A DNA stretch of 64,000 nucleotides, taken from positions 90-64,089 of the forward strand of contig CACZVX010000010.1 in assembly GCA_902784755.1 (NCBI GenBank), given 5' to 3'. This document shows positions 20,291 to 31,226 of this stretch, piece after piece (the stretch's first letter is position 1; every line of letters begins with the position of its first letter). The DNA comes from an uncultured Prevotellaceae bacterium (GTDB lineage: Bacteria > Bacteroidota > Bacteroidia > Bacteroidales > Bacteroidaceae). Position numbers and translations under genes: made by a program. The notes beneath the pieces were generated by a model. The model worked only from the letters and a program-made list of their open reading frames with translations. It was not told the DNA's origin and did not search any database.

Positions 20291-21791
20291 TTTCATAAAC
20301 CGCCTGTCCAATGCAGCCACTTGGTTTCTGGATATGGATGATGGAACAAACGGTGGGGGCGATATCCGTGATATGCACTTCGTGCTTATAGTTGCCATGC
20401 TCTACACCCCATCCAAGAAGGACAAAAGGAATGTGACAGTCATAGGAGTTCCACAAGCCATGGGAAGTACCGTAGCCCATATTGCGCCAGCCACTCAAAA
20501 ATTGAGGTTTCAGAATAATCTGAATGTCACCCGAACGCTCACGGTTGTAGCCATTGATAATCTTCTCACGGATATAGGAAGGAACGGGAGCCTCAGCGGC
20601 TTTCTCCAAATCAACGACATACATCACCATCTCGTCTTTCTCAAGACATTCCTTGATGGCCTGCTTCACTTCACAGATCTTCAATCCTGCACGCTGGATA
20701 GCCTCACGATCGAGTGCCACCTTATAATCAAAGAGTTCAGGGATGAGCTTTTCTGAAGTTGAGAATTTCTTGGCAAGCATCTCATTAAGGGCATCGCGTG
20801 TCTTGCCACCACTGAAACTGCCGGCAGGAATCTTATGGTCCAGATTCTGCTTAATACTGTTAGCGGCTCCATGGTCAGCACTGAGGAAAGCAAGCCATTG
20901 GCCCTTACCTACTGTAGCATCGAGATAATTAAAGAAATCTTCCAATTGCTTGTCAAGGCCTATATACTGCTTATGGGTGAGTTCATGATGAGTGCCATAC
21001 TGATGTCCGGTAATGTCAGGACATGAGAAACTTACGCAAATCATATCGGTTTCGTTGGTGCGCTGTCCCAGTTTCTCACCTCTGATAGCCGCTTTCGCCA
21101 TTTCTTCCACTATCTGGTTGCCATAAGGCTGATACTGTATATCATTTATGTCCAGTTTCTTGTTGATTTTCTCATTATAGGCATCTACCCAACGCGGCAG
21201 CTTGTCCATATAGTAAGTACTGGTGATGAAACATTTGGCATCCTTGTCAAACCAGTAAGCGGCATCAGCACTATGACCAGCGGGAAGAATGGCAGCACGG
21301 TCCTTGAAAGAGACACCGATAACCTTCGACTTCCAGGAAGTGGCCGTCTTGAGTTCGTCACCGATAGTTGTTACTTGCAGATTCAAGGGTGACATCTGCC
21401 CTGCTTTCGTCGTAGAGCCCACAGTCTGAACGGCTGTGTCTCCGCAGCAATAAGCCATCTTTCCGTTTTTCATGAAACTATTGCCGGCAATACCGTGAAT
21501 GCTGGGCACAGAACCCGTATATAAAGAGGTATGCCCGATAGCCGTGACAGAAGGAATGTAGTTAATCTCGCAGTTCTCAAACGAATAGCCATCGCGGAGC
21601 ATTCGTTTGAAGCCGTTGTCCACATACTCATCGTAAAAACGATAGAGATAGTCCCAACGCATCTGATCTACAGCAATGCCCACCACGAGTTTCGGACGAA
21701 TCTCACTGAAATCACCTTTATTCCCAGCAAATGCGGGAAGTGCAAACAACGTGAGCAAAAGTGCCCACAATACCTGGTTTCTCTTTTTCAT
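20283..21791 (-). CDS. pafA: Alkaline phosphatase family protein (PafA-like)
   Basis: PKLVVGIAVDQMRWDYL, TAIGH, KDRAAILPAGH, SADHG. Confidence 0.88.
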   Translation of the reverse strand: MKKRNQVLWALLLTLFALPAFAGNKGDFSEIRPKLVVGIAVDQMRWDYLYRFYDEYVDNGFKRMLRDGYSFENCEINYIPSVTAIGHTSLYTGSVPSIHGIAGNSFMKNGKMAYCCGDTAVQTVGSTTKAGQMSPLNLQVTTIGDELKTATSWKSKVIGVSFKDRAAILPAGHSADAAYWFDKDAKCFITSTYYMDKLPRWVDAYNEKINKKLDINDIQYQPYGNQIVEEMAKAAIRGEKLGQRTNETDMICVSFSCPDITGHQYGTHHELTHKQYIGLDKQLEDFFNYLDATVGKGQWLAFLSADHGAANSIKQNLDHKIPAGSFSGGKTRDALNEMLAKKFSTSEKLIPELFDYKVALDREAIQRAGLKICEVKQAIKECLEKDEMVMYVVDLEKAAEAPVPSYIREKIINGYNRERSGDIQIILKPQFLSGWRNMGYGTSHGLWNSYDCHIPFVLLGWGVEHGNYKHEVHITDIAPTVCSIIHIQKPSGCIGQAVYEKN

Positions 21792-21834
21792 AATCATCAT
21801 ATTTTAAAGTTACACTTTTTCTTAGCTTTACCCC

Positions 21835-21888
21835 TTTAACCATTAACCCTTAACCATTAACCATAAACCATCAACCATCAACCATTAA
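21835..21888. repeat. Heptamer array (TAACCAT/CAACCAT)
   Basis: About 7 degenerate units directly after the sprA stop. Confidence 0.85.
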
Positions 21889-24800
21889 TCATCTCGTCAA
21901 CGAGAACTTCACGGAAAGACCGAAGTCACGCGTCGTCGTAGGATAACTCGATGAGGAGAGCAGCGGCGTATTCGTCTGCTGATCATAATAGAAACTCATC
22001 GTGAGCATCCGTGAAAGCGTATAGTCGGCATTGAAGGAGAACTTCAGGGCCTTGTTTCCACTGGAAGCCGCACTGGTCATGGTAGATATATCACGACTCA
22101 GGGAAGCCTGATTACGCAAACTGAAGTCTAAACGCAGATTGAGATCATGGTTCACACCGCCTCTGCCAGAGCTGCTCGAAGTATTCCTGTTTTGCTGCTC
22201 GTTCTGCCTGTTTTTGCCCTTCCCCTTCGACTTATTGTTATTGCCGCCACCAGCCAGTCCGAAGAAGTTGAAGTTATTGATCTTATAGCCCATGCCAATC
22301 ACCCAGTCCTTGGAGAGTGCCTCATTAATCTGCACACTGGTCATAGAAAGAGTGAGCACACGAGTCGTACGATATTCAAGTCTGCAGGTGAGGTTGTTCT
22401 GCAACGTCACATCCACGCCCAGCAAGGGAGAGAAGGCCTCATTGATACTCACCGTAGATACATTGTACATCGAGGAAGGAATAGGATTACCCGTGGTTGT
22501 TTCACTGATGAATCCAAGTCCGTTCATATATTCCTGCCACGTGGTATAACTGCTATAGGAACCCACGGCATAGATGCTCTTGTAAGAGTGATTGATATTG
22601 ACACTCTTGAAATGGTCACTGAACCAAGGCAACTGTCCCAGACCACTATACCTCACCGTCCAGTTGGGAAGCATACGGAAAATACTCGGGAAGATGTCAA
22701 GTCCCGTAGAACTCATCGTATAGGAATTGAGGAAGGCAGGAATCAGCACGTCTCCACTATACTGCTGTACTGTACCATTTGCCTTGTCGTATGTATGGCC
22801 CGACAAGGATGGCCATTGGGCAGACTGTGGATAAATGGCATCCGTATAGCGTGCCTGCACCTTCTGATGATAATCCCCGATAGAGTTGCAGAATTTCTCA
22901 AACGACTTACTGTAATAGCCGTTATTGGCATTGCCCATGCCTTCCAGTGCCGACTTCATGGAGATGGTCGTCATCGAGAAAGTACCGCTCTGCATGGTGG
23001 GCATGCCTGCATACATATACTGCACGCTGCGTGCCTTGGTCTGTGTGTGGGCGGCATTGAGGTCAATCTTCAGGTTCTTCACGGGTTCCAATGTCATACG
23101 CAACTGCAGATCCTCAGTGGCATTGGTAGTGGCAGGTGTTGAGATGTCTTCAGACATCAGCAGCCAGTTGTTGTCCACGGCCTTATTGATATAGCTGTCA
23201 CCTATCATACCGAAAGCGAAGTCAAGTCCTGGAGAGAGCACATCGCCACTATATTGTCCGAATGCTTTTCCGATATTGGGAAGGAATCCGGGAAGTGCCA
23301 TCGCATACTGATTGCGATAGGTAAACGACACATTGCGCACCATCATCAGTCCGCGGGCCAACACCTGCGCTGTCTTATACCACGTCTGATTGTCGAGTGG
23401 TTCTTTCGCCGTAACGGCAATCTTGATGGCCGTGGAAGAGTCCACCTTCGATGTAATCTTAATCTTGTTCTGGTCAACAATCTTGTATTTCAGTTTAAAC
23501 GACTTACCGTCCGACGTCTTGGCAGAAACTATCAGCCGTTTGCTGTTCTTGCCATGCGAAACCTCGATACTCGTATCAGGCATCAGCGTGATTTCCTTCT
23601 CGAAGGCCCTCTTGTTCTTAGGCAGTGCTTTCTCGTCCTTATTCTTTTGTTGATCGTTTTTCGTATTTCGTCCTTCGTTCTTCGTATTTCGTCCTTCGTT
23701 CTTCGTTCTCGCATTCGTCCTCTGAGTCCTGCTCGGAGTCTTGTTGAAACGGTCGTTGGTCTTCTTCAGGAAAGGAATATGGTTATAGAGTTTCTCCATG
23801 GAGAATGCTCCGTTGATATTCAGCTGACGGTTGTTGTTAATGGTATTACCATAGGATCTTCCGTCCTCATCCGCTGTTCCGCGCTGCCAGTTATAGGAAG
23901 AGTTAAAGGAAGCATCGGCATTCACCCAGTCGAAGATAGGAATCAGATTCAATGGCAACTGATAGGAGGCCGTGAAGGTCTGTCCATAGTCGAGGGCTGT
24001 TCCCATGTGTTTGATGCTGGTCCATACGGAATCCTTCCAGGCAGCGTACTCCGTGGGATAGAGGTCCTTATTGATTTGATAGTAAGGCTCCTCAATCTCC
24101 GCATGAGTGGCACTGCGGAAGTTCATATGCAGGTTCTTGGTGATGTCCCAGCGAATAGAGAAGTCACGGTTCCAGAGAAACTGGGATGAGAAGCTCACAG
24201 GCAGCTGTGAACCGCCGAGGTCTTCCATGTCACGCTCCTGCAGTTCATGATAATAGCGCATCATTTCCGTATTGAAGGTCAGATTCTGCGGCAGCCAGTT
24301 GAGTCCGAAACGCTTCAGGATGTCCAGCCATTTCGACTTGTTCTTCGCCAGCATATTCTTAAACGGTTCCCAGGCTTTATAGACCGGCGTATAACTGTAG
24401 TTCAGCGAACCTCGCCATTGGTCTTCATTCTCATATACGGTGGTCTCACCCTGTGTGTGATTATGCGAATGACTGTAGGAGAAGGAGAAGTTTGCCGGGT
24501 CATAGGGCATGGGATGACGCTTGGTAGCCACGCCCACACGCCAGTTACTCAATGAGAAATTGGTAGCGGTATTGCGGGTGACGGCAATATTGTCAATAGA
24601 GTCCTTCTCCGCCTTTTCCGTCGTGGCTTCCAATGCGTCATCAAGACGCATGTCGGTATCCAGCGGATTATACTTGGGCTTGGTCTTCTCTTTCGTCATT
24701 GAATAATAGAGCGGAGCGGAAACCTTCGCCTTATCGGGGAAGAACTTACCCAATTCCAGGCTGGTCGTGACACTGTAGGCTCCAAAATCATCGGTGGAAC

Positions 24801-27800
24801 GCTGCGAAACGCCTTCTTCCAGACCTCCGAAGCCTTCGGTCAAATACCTGCCGCTGACATTCACCGTTCCGAAGTCCGACATCTGTACGTTCAAGGCGCC
24901 CTGTGCTGCCCAACCGCCATTGTTGTTGTATTCTTTCAAGCGCAGTTCATTCACCCAAACCTCTCCCGACTTCGGCTGTGCCGTCAGGTTGCGCACACCT
25001 ACCATCATCGTCTTCACCTCACCCAAAGAAGGATTACCCAGCACCGTAACGGTATTGTTGGGACGGTCAGGATCTGTGTAGGTAAACGGAATGGCATAGC
25101 TGTAGAGGCTCGGATTCTCGCTCTTGGCCCTGTTACGCATCTTTTTCACTTCAGTGAAGATATCCAGCGGAATGTTGACCATATTGTTCTCCGGCCACAC
25201 AGCAGCACAGTCGGCAGCAGAATAGCGGTCGTAATGTCCGGGAGCCGTCAAGTCGAGCGGAATGAGATATTCGTAATAGTTGTTCTTGTAGTCAGAACCC
25301 AGACGGATGAAGATGGCCAGTTCCTTGTCCTTCAGGTTGGTGACGTTCTGCTCCATGGCATTCGCATGGACAAACATTTCCAGCCGTTTATATTGACGGA
25401 TATCGAGGGTGGAGTTCTTATAGACGGCCTTCGACTCGCCGTTGCCCAGATTCTCCACCACCATGTTGAGGGCCTGCTCATTGCTTTCCACCAGCTGTGG
25501 CTGTGTAGGATCCTGTTCACGGCGGATTCCCGGAGGCAGCACGTAGTTCACAGGCGTCTTCTCGTAGTTCTCCTCAATGTTCACCGCGCTCACGGCAAGT
25601 TCACCGCTTTCTGAAGAACCTGTATTGAGCGACTGCTCATAGACGCGCCATTCACCACGCACGAGGTCCAGACTGCCGAAACGGAGTACGATGGGCTTTT
25701 CGAAACCTGTCAGATACATACGCATAAAGCGGATGCTGGAGAAATCGCTGATGGAACCTACCTTCTCTTCCCACTTGTTCAATGGAATGCGGTACTGGTA
25801 CCAGGTGACGTAGCCTTGCTTACCGTTACGCAGGGGCGGACGTCCGATGCGCTTATCCACTATAAAGTTCTGTCCGAGAATCGTGTCGCCTGGATGCAAG
25901 GAGACGTGGTAGTGGAAGTATTTCTCATACTCGTTCAGCGTGTAGTCCTGATTGATATCCTCCACGTCGGGCGTGGTCTTATATGAAGTGTCGTAGCTTT
26001 CCGTACGTGAATCACTGTCAGGAGAGTTTCCCTGTGGCATATTGATACGCTTGTAGCGTTCCAGAATGGAGGCTTCACGCTGGTCGAAGTCACTGCCGCG
26101 GAAGTAGTGGTAGTTATCATTGGCGGGATCGGCAGTCATGGCCTGATAGGCAGAGTCGCTCACCGCTCCCTGAATATTTTGCAGGAAAGTCTGATAGTCA
26201 CCGTAGCTGCGCTCTTCCTCATCCGTCAAACCGTTGAAACCCACGTCCTGACGGGCACGCGAACCACTGGTTGTGGCAAACGCATAGGTTACAGTGGAAG
26301 TGGTCGGAATCTTACCCCATTGCGTGGTAGTGAAGGAACTGCTGCCGTCAACGGGCATGCCGCTCTCATAGAATTTCTTACCGTCACGCAGCACATCCTC
26401 ACTCACTTCTCCCAAGTCAATGTAGAGTTCACCGCCATAACTGCGGTCGCTGCCTGTATAGGCAAAGGGATCCATCATCCAGAACTCAATGTATTCAATG
26501 TTGGCAGTCTCAAAGTCATTGGTGTCCAGCTTACGCATCATACCGCCCCATCGCTGCTGCGGATTGGGCAGTGTGCCGTCGGCATTCAGATTGGGATCCA
26601 GGTTATAGGGACCACGCTCCTGCGGATAATAGGCCAGATTCAGAATCGGCAGTGTCGCTGTGGCACCGTTATAACTGCTCTGGTCGCGGTTTGGATAAAG
26701 CTCTCTCACATACACTTCACGCACATAATGGTTGGAAAGCTGTTCCAGGTCGCTGCGGATATGTCCGGGTGTCAGCGACGAACTCTGACGGGTAAAGAGC
26801 GGGTCAATGTTATACCATGAGAGCAAGGCACGATTATAACCGCTCTGCACCGAGGTCTTGTCGTTATAATTAGGCATGCCGCTGGGCACACTGGAGATAA
26901 TCCACGACTGCGGTGAGGAGACATCAATGGTGTTCTTCGTATTCTCGAAATCATCCAGATACGAGGCATTGTCCTGCGTGCCACGCGATTTACCGGCAAT
27001 CAGATGAGCAAATTCTCCCGTAAACGAAATCTGCGAGGGCTGCGTCAGATGGAGTCCCGGCAGTTTGTCGAGCATATTCGTCAACCACTGGCTTTCCTTT
27101 TTCCAGTTCAGGTTCACGCCCCAAAGGGTATTGTTCAGGGGTTCCGCACCCATCGACACTTTCGTAGTCAAAGCCTGTTCCGACAGGTGCTGCACCGTAC
27201 CGCTCATCTGGAAGTTTTTGGAGAAGTCGTATTCCCAGTTCACGCCGAACATCGTCTTACGCATCTGTCCGTAATCGGTGTTACTCTCCAGCGACACGTT
27301 CACCGAAGTTCCGGCGTCGATGATGCTCTGGTTCAGGATGGTCACCTCTCCAGCATTGTAGTCCACCGAGTAGTCAGCACCTTCCGTCAGCGTCTGTCCT
27401 CCGGCGGTCACCACCACCGAACCCTGCGGCACATTGTAGGCTCCCAGTGAGATCACATTGGCATTCGAACCGCGATACTGTCCCACGAGCAGGAACTTGT
27501 CCTTTTCCGCCACCTGCTTGGCAGCGGTCTTCGTGGTGTCGTAGAGTTCGGTAAAGGCATACTTTTCTGCCACTGCCGGTGACACGCCCGAAGCCGTCAG
27601 ATAGTCAGCAAGGTCCTTACCGAAAGGCTCCACACAAGGGAAGAACACACGCCCGTTTGTCACGGTGTAGCCATTCACATAGTCGAAATAGCCGTTCGAA
27701 TGCGCTTTGTTGTTATTGTCCAGACGGTCCGCACCGATCAGTTTGATAATAGGCTGTTCCTTCACCTGTGGCTCTGGTATATAAGAGATGTACACGCCCG

Positions 27801-29505
27801 TAGTATCGCTTTGGTATTTCACGTCGAGACGGAACTTGTCCTTCTCAACGGAAGAAGCGAGATAATACACGTTGCGCATCATCAGTTTCCAGTTCGACAT
27901 CTGCGGCGACTGACTCGTGTTCTTCAGCGATTTCACGAAAAGGGCATTCGTCGTATTGTCGGTAACATCCGAGGCGAATTCTCCCACTTGATAAGTCTGG
28001 CTGTTATAGGTGTATTCGTATGCCACTGCCAGCACCTGATCTGTCTGCAGGGCTGTTCTCAGTGAGATGTAGCCCATGGCACTGTTCAGGGTGTATTCCG
28101 AGGAATTCAGCAGTCGCGCACTCTCCAGTTTCTCGTAGGTATATCCGCCTTCCAGTCCATCATGACCGTCGAGCACTGAAGTCGTCTGGTCAATATTACG
28201 CGCCTCCACGTAGCTCGTATTCAACTGCGAATACAGGCTGTTCGCATGATTGGAGGCAGGAATGTCCGAAGTGGCTCCTTCACCGAGATCATTGAAAGCC
28301 ACGATGTTACGGGTGTTTGTCGTCGTTCCTGTCTTGTTCGTCACCCACACCTCCACGCGGTTGATGGTGATGCCCGTCGTCAGGTTGGGCAGCTTCTTCA
28401 TCGAAGCGTTATACTTGTCACGGAAGAAAGTGGAGAGGAAGAAGTGGCGGTTCTCTTCATAGTCCGAAACGTCCAGTTCGAAAGGTGTGGTCTGCACGCC
28501 ACCCTTACTGGCGACGCTCTTCGATGCCGATTTCTTCTGCGACACCACCGTCTGCAGTTTCAGTTTGCCAAACTGCAGATCCGTACGGATACCAAACAGA
28601 CTCGATGCACCGCGCACCAGGGAGGAATTACTGGGGAAGGTAACGTTTCCGCCTTCCACGAGTTTCACGATCTCGTCTTCCTTACCCTCATATTTCAGCT
28701 TCATGTTCTGGGCGTCATAGTCGAACGTCGCATCCGTATTGTAGTTCAGGTTCAGGTTCACTTTGTCGCCCACCTTTCCGTTCACGCTCAGATTAATCTT
28801 CTCGTCGAAGTTCATCGTCGTGGTCTTACGGTTACGGATAGGCAGCGAAGGATTATCGATGTTCTTCATCGTGGCACCCAGTTTCAGCTCTGCCGTTCCT
28901 TGCGTCCTCACACGCACGCCGCCAGGACCGAAGATCTTCTCTGCGGGTCCCAGTTCGAAATGCATGTCCGTGAAGTCAAACTTCTCCTTACCTTTCGTTT
29001 TATAGATCTCGTCGTTCTTCTTGCGGTAGAAGTCCTTACGCAACTGCCAGTTGCACCATTCGCCAAACTCCTCGGCGGTCATCAGCACGGGAGCGCCCAG
29101 ATACTGAGTGCCCATCTTCGAACCGAAGAGATAGCCGCCCAAAGTGTCGTTATATTCCGGTTTCAGCTCAATGTTCTCCGGCATCGTCAAATCCGCGGAA
29201 CCCCGTTTCAAATCCTCCTGAGTAATCGGTTGCGTCCGCTGTATTTTCCACCGTGGATTCAGCAAAGAGTCGGGAATCACCTCATCATCATCGAGGATAG
29301 GCTGTGCCGTAACGTTCTGTTTGTTAGCCCCTTGCTGCGAAGCATCATTATTGTTTCGTCGCGTACGGTCATCCTGTCTTTGTGGGTTCTGAGCATTTCT
29401 CGCTCCTCTCGTCCTATTATCCTGAAGCCAAGGCGCGGCGGTCCAAGCGAGCACATTCATGCTCACCAATGCCATCACCATCAATATCAGCTTCAGTCTT
29501 CTCAT
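21889..29505 (-). CDS. sprA: Type IX secretion system translocon SprA/Sov
   Basis: 2538 aa; FDEKINLSVNGKVGDK, KLKYEGKEDEI, WGGMMRKLD..DFE..NIEYIEFW, EVWVNELR; next to ruvA. Confidence 0.96.
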   Translation of the reverse strand: MRRLKLILMVMALVSMNVLAWTAAPWLQDNRTRGARNAQNPQRQDDRTRRNNNDASQQGANKQNVTAQPILDDDEVIPDSLLNPRWKIQRTQPITQEDLKRGSADLTMPENIELKPEYNDTLGGYLFGSKMGTQYLGAPVLMTAEEFGEWCNWQLRKDFYRKKNDEIYKTKGKEKFDFTDMHFELGPAEKIFGPGGVRVRTQGTAELKLGATMKNIDNPSLPIRNRKTTTMNFDEKINLSVNGKVGDKVNLNLNYNTDATFDYDAQNMKLKYEGKEDEIVKLVEGGNVTFPSNSSLVRGASSLFGIRTDLQFGKLKLQTVVSQKKSASKSVASKGGVQTTPFELDVSDYEENRHFFLSTFFRDKYNASMKKLPNLTTGITINRVEVWVTNKTGTTTNTRNIVAFNDLGEGATSDIPASNHANSLYSQLNTSYVEARNIDQTTSVLDGHDGLEGGYTYEKLESARLLNSSEYTLNSAMGYISLRTALQTDQVLAVAYEYTYNSQTYQVGEFASDVTDNTTNALFVKSLKNTSQSPQMSNWKLMMRNVYYLASSVEKDKFRLDVKYQSDTTGVYISYIPEPQVKEQPIIKLIGADRLDNNNKAHSNGYFDYVNGYTVTNGRVFFPCVEPFGKDLADYLTASGVSPAVAEKYAFTELYDTTKTAAKQVAEKDKFLLVGQYRGSNANVISLGAYNVPQGSVVVTAGGQTLTEGADYSVDYNAGEVTILNQSIIDAGTSVNVSLESNTDYGQMRKTMFGVNWEYDFSKNFQMSGTVQHLSEQALTTKVSMGAEPLNNTLWGVNLNWKKESQWLTNMLDKLPGLHLTQPSQISFTGEFAHLIAGKSRGTQDNASYLDDFENTKNTIDVSSPQSWIISSVPSGMPNYNDKTSVQSGYNRALLSWYNIDPLFTRQSSSLTPGHIRSDLEQLSNHYVREVYVRELYPNRDQSSYNGATATLPILNLAYYPQERGPYNLDPNLNADGTLPNPQQRWGGMMRKLDTNDFETANIEYIEFWMMDPFAYTGSDRSYGGELYIDLGEVSEDVLRDGKKFYESGMPVDGSSSFTTTQWGKIPTTSTVTYAFATTSGSRARQDVGFNGLTDEEERSYGDYQTFLQNIQGAVSDSAYQAMTADPANDNYHYFRGSDFDQREASILERYKRINMPQGNSPDSDSRTESYDTSYKTTPDVEDINQDYTLNEYEKYFHYHVSLHPGDTILGQNFIVDKRIGRPPLRNGKQGYVTWYQYRIPLNKWEEKVGSISDFSSIRFMRMYLTGFEKPIVLRFGSLDLVRGEWRVYEQSLNTGSSESGELAVSAVNIEENYEKTPVNYVLPPGIRREQDPTQPQLVESNEQALNMVVENLGNGESKAVYKNSTLDIRQYKRLEMFVHANAMEQNVTNLKDKELAIFIRLGSDYKNNYYEYLIPLDLTAPGHYDRYSAADCAAVWPENNMVNIPLDIFTEVKKMRNRAKSENPSLYSYAIPFTYTDPDRPNNTVTVLGNPSLGEVKTMMVGVRNLTAQPKSGEVWVNELRLKEYNNNGGWAAQGALNVQMSDFGTVNVSGRYLTEGFGGLEEGVSQRSTDDFGAYSVTTSLELGKFFPDKAKVSAPLYYSMTKEKTKPKYNPLDTDMRLDDALEATTEKAEKDSIDNIAVTRNTATNFSLSNWRVGVATKRHPMPYDPANFSFSYSHSHNHTQGETTVYENEDQWRGSLNYSYTPVYKAWEPFKNMLAKNKSKWLDILKRFGLNWLPQNLTFNTEMMRYYHELQERDMEDLGGSQLPVSFSSQFLWNRDFSIRWDITKNLHMNFRSATHAEIEEPYYQINKDLYPTEYAAWKDSVWTSIKHMGTALDYGQTFTASYQLPLNLIPIFDWVNADASFNSSYNWQRGTADEDGRSYGNTINNNRQLNINGAFSMEKLYNHIPFLKKTNDRFNKTPSRTQRTNARTKNEGRNTKNEGRNTKNDQQKNKDEKALPKNKRAFEKEITLMPDTSIEVSHGKNSKRLIVSAKTSDGKSFKLKYKIVDQNKIKITSKVDSSTAIKIAVTAKEPLDNQTWYKTAQVLARGLMMVRNVSFTYRNQYAMALPGFLPNIGKAFGQYSGDVLSPGLDFAFGMIGDSYINKAVDNNWLLMSEDISTPATTNATEDLQLRMTLEPVKNLKIDLNAAHTQTKARSVQYMYAGMPTMQSGTFSMTTISMKSALEGMGNANNGYYSKSFEKFCNSIGDYHQKVQARYTDAIYPQSAQWPSLSGHTYDKANGTVQQYSGDVLIPAFLNSYTMSSTGLDIFPSIFRMLPNWTVRYSGLGQLPWFSDHFKSVNINHSYKSIYAVGSYSSYTTWQEYMNGLGFISETTTGNPIPSSMYNVSTVSINEAFSPLLGVDVTLQNNLTCRLEYRTTRVLTLSMTSVQINEALSKDWVIGMGYKINNFNFFGLAGGGNNNKSKGKGKNRQNEQQNRNTSSSSGRGGVNHDLNLRLDFSLRNQASLSRDISTMTSAASSGNKALKFSFNADYTLSRMLTMSFYYDQQTNTPLLSSSSYPTTTRDFGLSVKFSLTR

Positions 29506-29518
29506 ATCTTTTTCGATG

Positions 29519-29633
29519 GAACGGGAGGGCGAAGGGACGAGGGAACGAGAAATGTTCCGAATCTGGACTCTAACGCAGGATTTTGCAGGGAGTAATCTCG
29601 CTCCTTCGTACCCTCGCTCTCTCGCCCTCTCGT
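29519..29633. repeat. Inverted octamer arrays (GAGGGACG-like ... CCCTCGCT-like)
   Basis: Arms 29519-29549 and 29591-29633 face each other around a ~40 bp core; same design at 49810-49918. Confidence 0.75.
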
Positions 29634-30238
29634 TATTTTATCTGTTTCAGCGCCAGCTTCACCACCTGTTCCACAGGCAGTGTCGGGTCTTTCTGCAAGA
29701 TGGCATTCACCACCTTTGCCGTAGGCGCTGGCGAGAAGCCCAGCATCGTCAGGGCACTCACAGCCTCGTCTCTTACAGGCGAGTTCACCAAGGCCGTTGC
29801 TTTTCCAGCATTCGCAGGCAGTTCCTGAGCCACGCCACTGCTCACAATCTTATCCTTCAAATCCACGATGATGCGCTGTGCCGTACGCAGGCCAATGCCC
29901 TTCACGCCCTTCAGCAGTCGCTCATTCCCCGTGGAGATGGCGTTGCAGAGTTCTGCCACGGTCATCGACGAGAGAATCATCCTGGCGGTGCCCGCGCCCA
30001 CTCCACTCACCGTGATGAGCAGCAGGAACATCTCCCTTTCCTGTTTCGTGGCAAATCCGAAGAGCACATACGCGTCCTCGCGAATAGCCTCATACACCCA
30101 CAGGAGCACCTCCTTCTTTCCCTGAATAGCGCTATAAGTATTCAGCGAGATATTCAATCCATATCCCACGCCATGGGCCTCAATCACAGCATAAGCCGGG
30201 GTGAGCTCCGTCACTTCACCCTTTACATATTCAATCAT
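29633..30238 (-). CDS. ruvA: Holliday junction helicase subunit RuvA
   Basis: GVGY, IREDA..LFGF, VSGVG, VKGIG.RTAQRI..DLKDK, A.SAL..LGF. Confidence 0.97.
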   Translation of the reverse strand: MIEYVKGEVTELTPAYAVIEAHGVGYGLNISLNTYSAIQGKKEVLLWVYEAIREDAYVLFGFATKQEREMFLLLITVSGVGAGTARMILSSMTVAELCNAISTGNERLLKGVKGIGLRTAQRIIVDLKDKIVSSGVAQELPANAGKATALVNSPVRDEAVSALTMLGFSPAPTAKVVNAILQKDPTLPVEQVVKLALKQIK

Positions 30239-30344
30239 ACGTCCTTTTTTTGTATATATACAATTAAATTAACGCACCCTTCCCCGTTTTTATTGCATTT
30301 CCCCCTTTTATTTCAAGCCTCAAGCCCCCCAATAGGTCACTCTC

Positions 30345-30616
30345 GAGAGAGCGGGAGGATGGGAGGACGAAGGGGCGAGGGGACGAGAATACTGTTTTAA
30401 AATACTTCGTGTCTTCGTGTTCAGTTAAATCATAGTCATCGTCATCGTCTTTTAAACAGCCCGAAGGGCGCTTAAACAGCCGAAGGCGCTTAAACAGTCG
30501 CAACGCGACGCTTAACCCCTTATCAAAGTCATCGTCATAGTCATCGTCACTCCCTTCCCTTCAGGGGAGGGCCGGGGTGAGGCTTCTATCAGGGGAGGGT
30601 CGGGGTGAGGCTTCCC
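30345..30616 (+). repeat. Composite repeat, full copy (8-mer array, 9-mer, 6-mer, mini-hairpin array, 6-mer, BoxC-like x2)
   Basis: Modules read directly; inverted counterpart at 38537-38812. Confidence 0.85.
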
Positions 30617-30646
30617 TATGCAGCGCTTAAACTTTTACCAAAAACA

Positions 30647-30678
30647 TTTGGAGTTTTACAGAAAATATCCTATTTTTG
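30647..30678 (+). promoter_or_regulatory. Bacteroidota sigma-A promoter
   Basis: TTTG-N20-TATTTTTG. Confidence 0.75.
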
Positions 30679-30700
30679 CAAAAACAAAACCAATGACGAA

Positions 30701-30925
30701 ATGAGTGAAGAAGTTAAAAACCGTGTTACATACATGGTATATTGCGTAAGCGCCTTTGCCAAGAGATTCAATCTCACGGTAAAGCAAGCCTATGGATATC
30801 TTCATCGCTTCAAAGGCATCGCGTTTCTTGATGAATGTTACGAAGCAGAACATCAATTGTCAATTCGTAATGCCGTTGATGACTTAATTGCAGTCTGCGG
30901 CAAAAATGGAGGAGCCCTGAAATGA
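30701..30925 (+). CDS. DUF3791 family protein
   Basis: Y.V.CVSAFA.RF.LT.KQAY.YL..FKGI.FL.ECYEAEH.LS. Confidence 0.8.
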   Translation: MSEEVKNRVTYMVYCVSAFAKRFNLTVKQAYGYLHRFKGIAFLDECYEAEHQLSIRNAVDDLIAVCGKNGGALK

Positions 30926-30980
30926 ACATCAATATTATTTCGGGACCGAACGTGCGATTGCAACATTAAAGAAAATATGA
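30922..30980 (+). pseudogene. Internally deleted remnant of a DUF3990-like gene
   Basis: ATG overlaps the upstream stop; out-of-frame tail HQYYFGTERAIATLKKI* whose TGA overlaps the next ATG. Confidence 0.6.
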
Positions 30981-31198
30981 ATACGGAGGAGAAATTTCTG
31001 ATAGATACGCTGACCAAGAATCTGATCATCCGAGTGATGGAAGATTTTAACGTTTCCGTCACAGAAGCCATGTCGATAGTTTACAATTCGCAATTATACG
31101 ACAGGATTCTGGATTTGGAAACAGGACTTTATTATCAAAGCAAGGGTTACAACTACCAATTATTGCATCATGAAATCTTAACGGGTGAAATTGCCTAA
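30977..31198 (+). CDS. DUF3791-like small protein
   Basis: EAM..VYNSQLY..I.D.ETGLYYQS..Y.Y..L..E. Confidence 0.75.
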   Translation: MNTEEKFLIDTLTKNLIIRVMEDFNVSVTEAMSIVYNSQLYDRILDLETGLYYQSKGYNYQLLHHEILTGEIA

Positions 31199-31226
31199 TC
31201 CATCCACTCACCACCTAATAACCTAA

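Noticed and set aside
28246-30400. Long plus-strand ORFs (449 aa, 313 aa) and similar antisense ORFs over sprA, nadB, dxs and dacB
   Set aside because: They are shadows of well-supported genes on the opposite strand, with no recognisable motifs.
30264-30503. 79-aa ORF (MRLFKRLRLFKR...DDDDDYD) and similar ORFs at 38429-38969, 49796-50077 and 56319-56567
   Set aside because: They are translations of the repeat modules, with no plausible initiation context.
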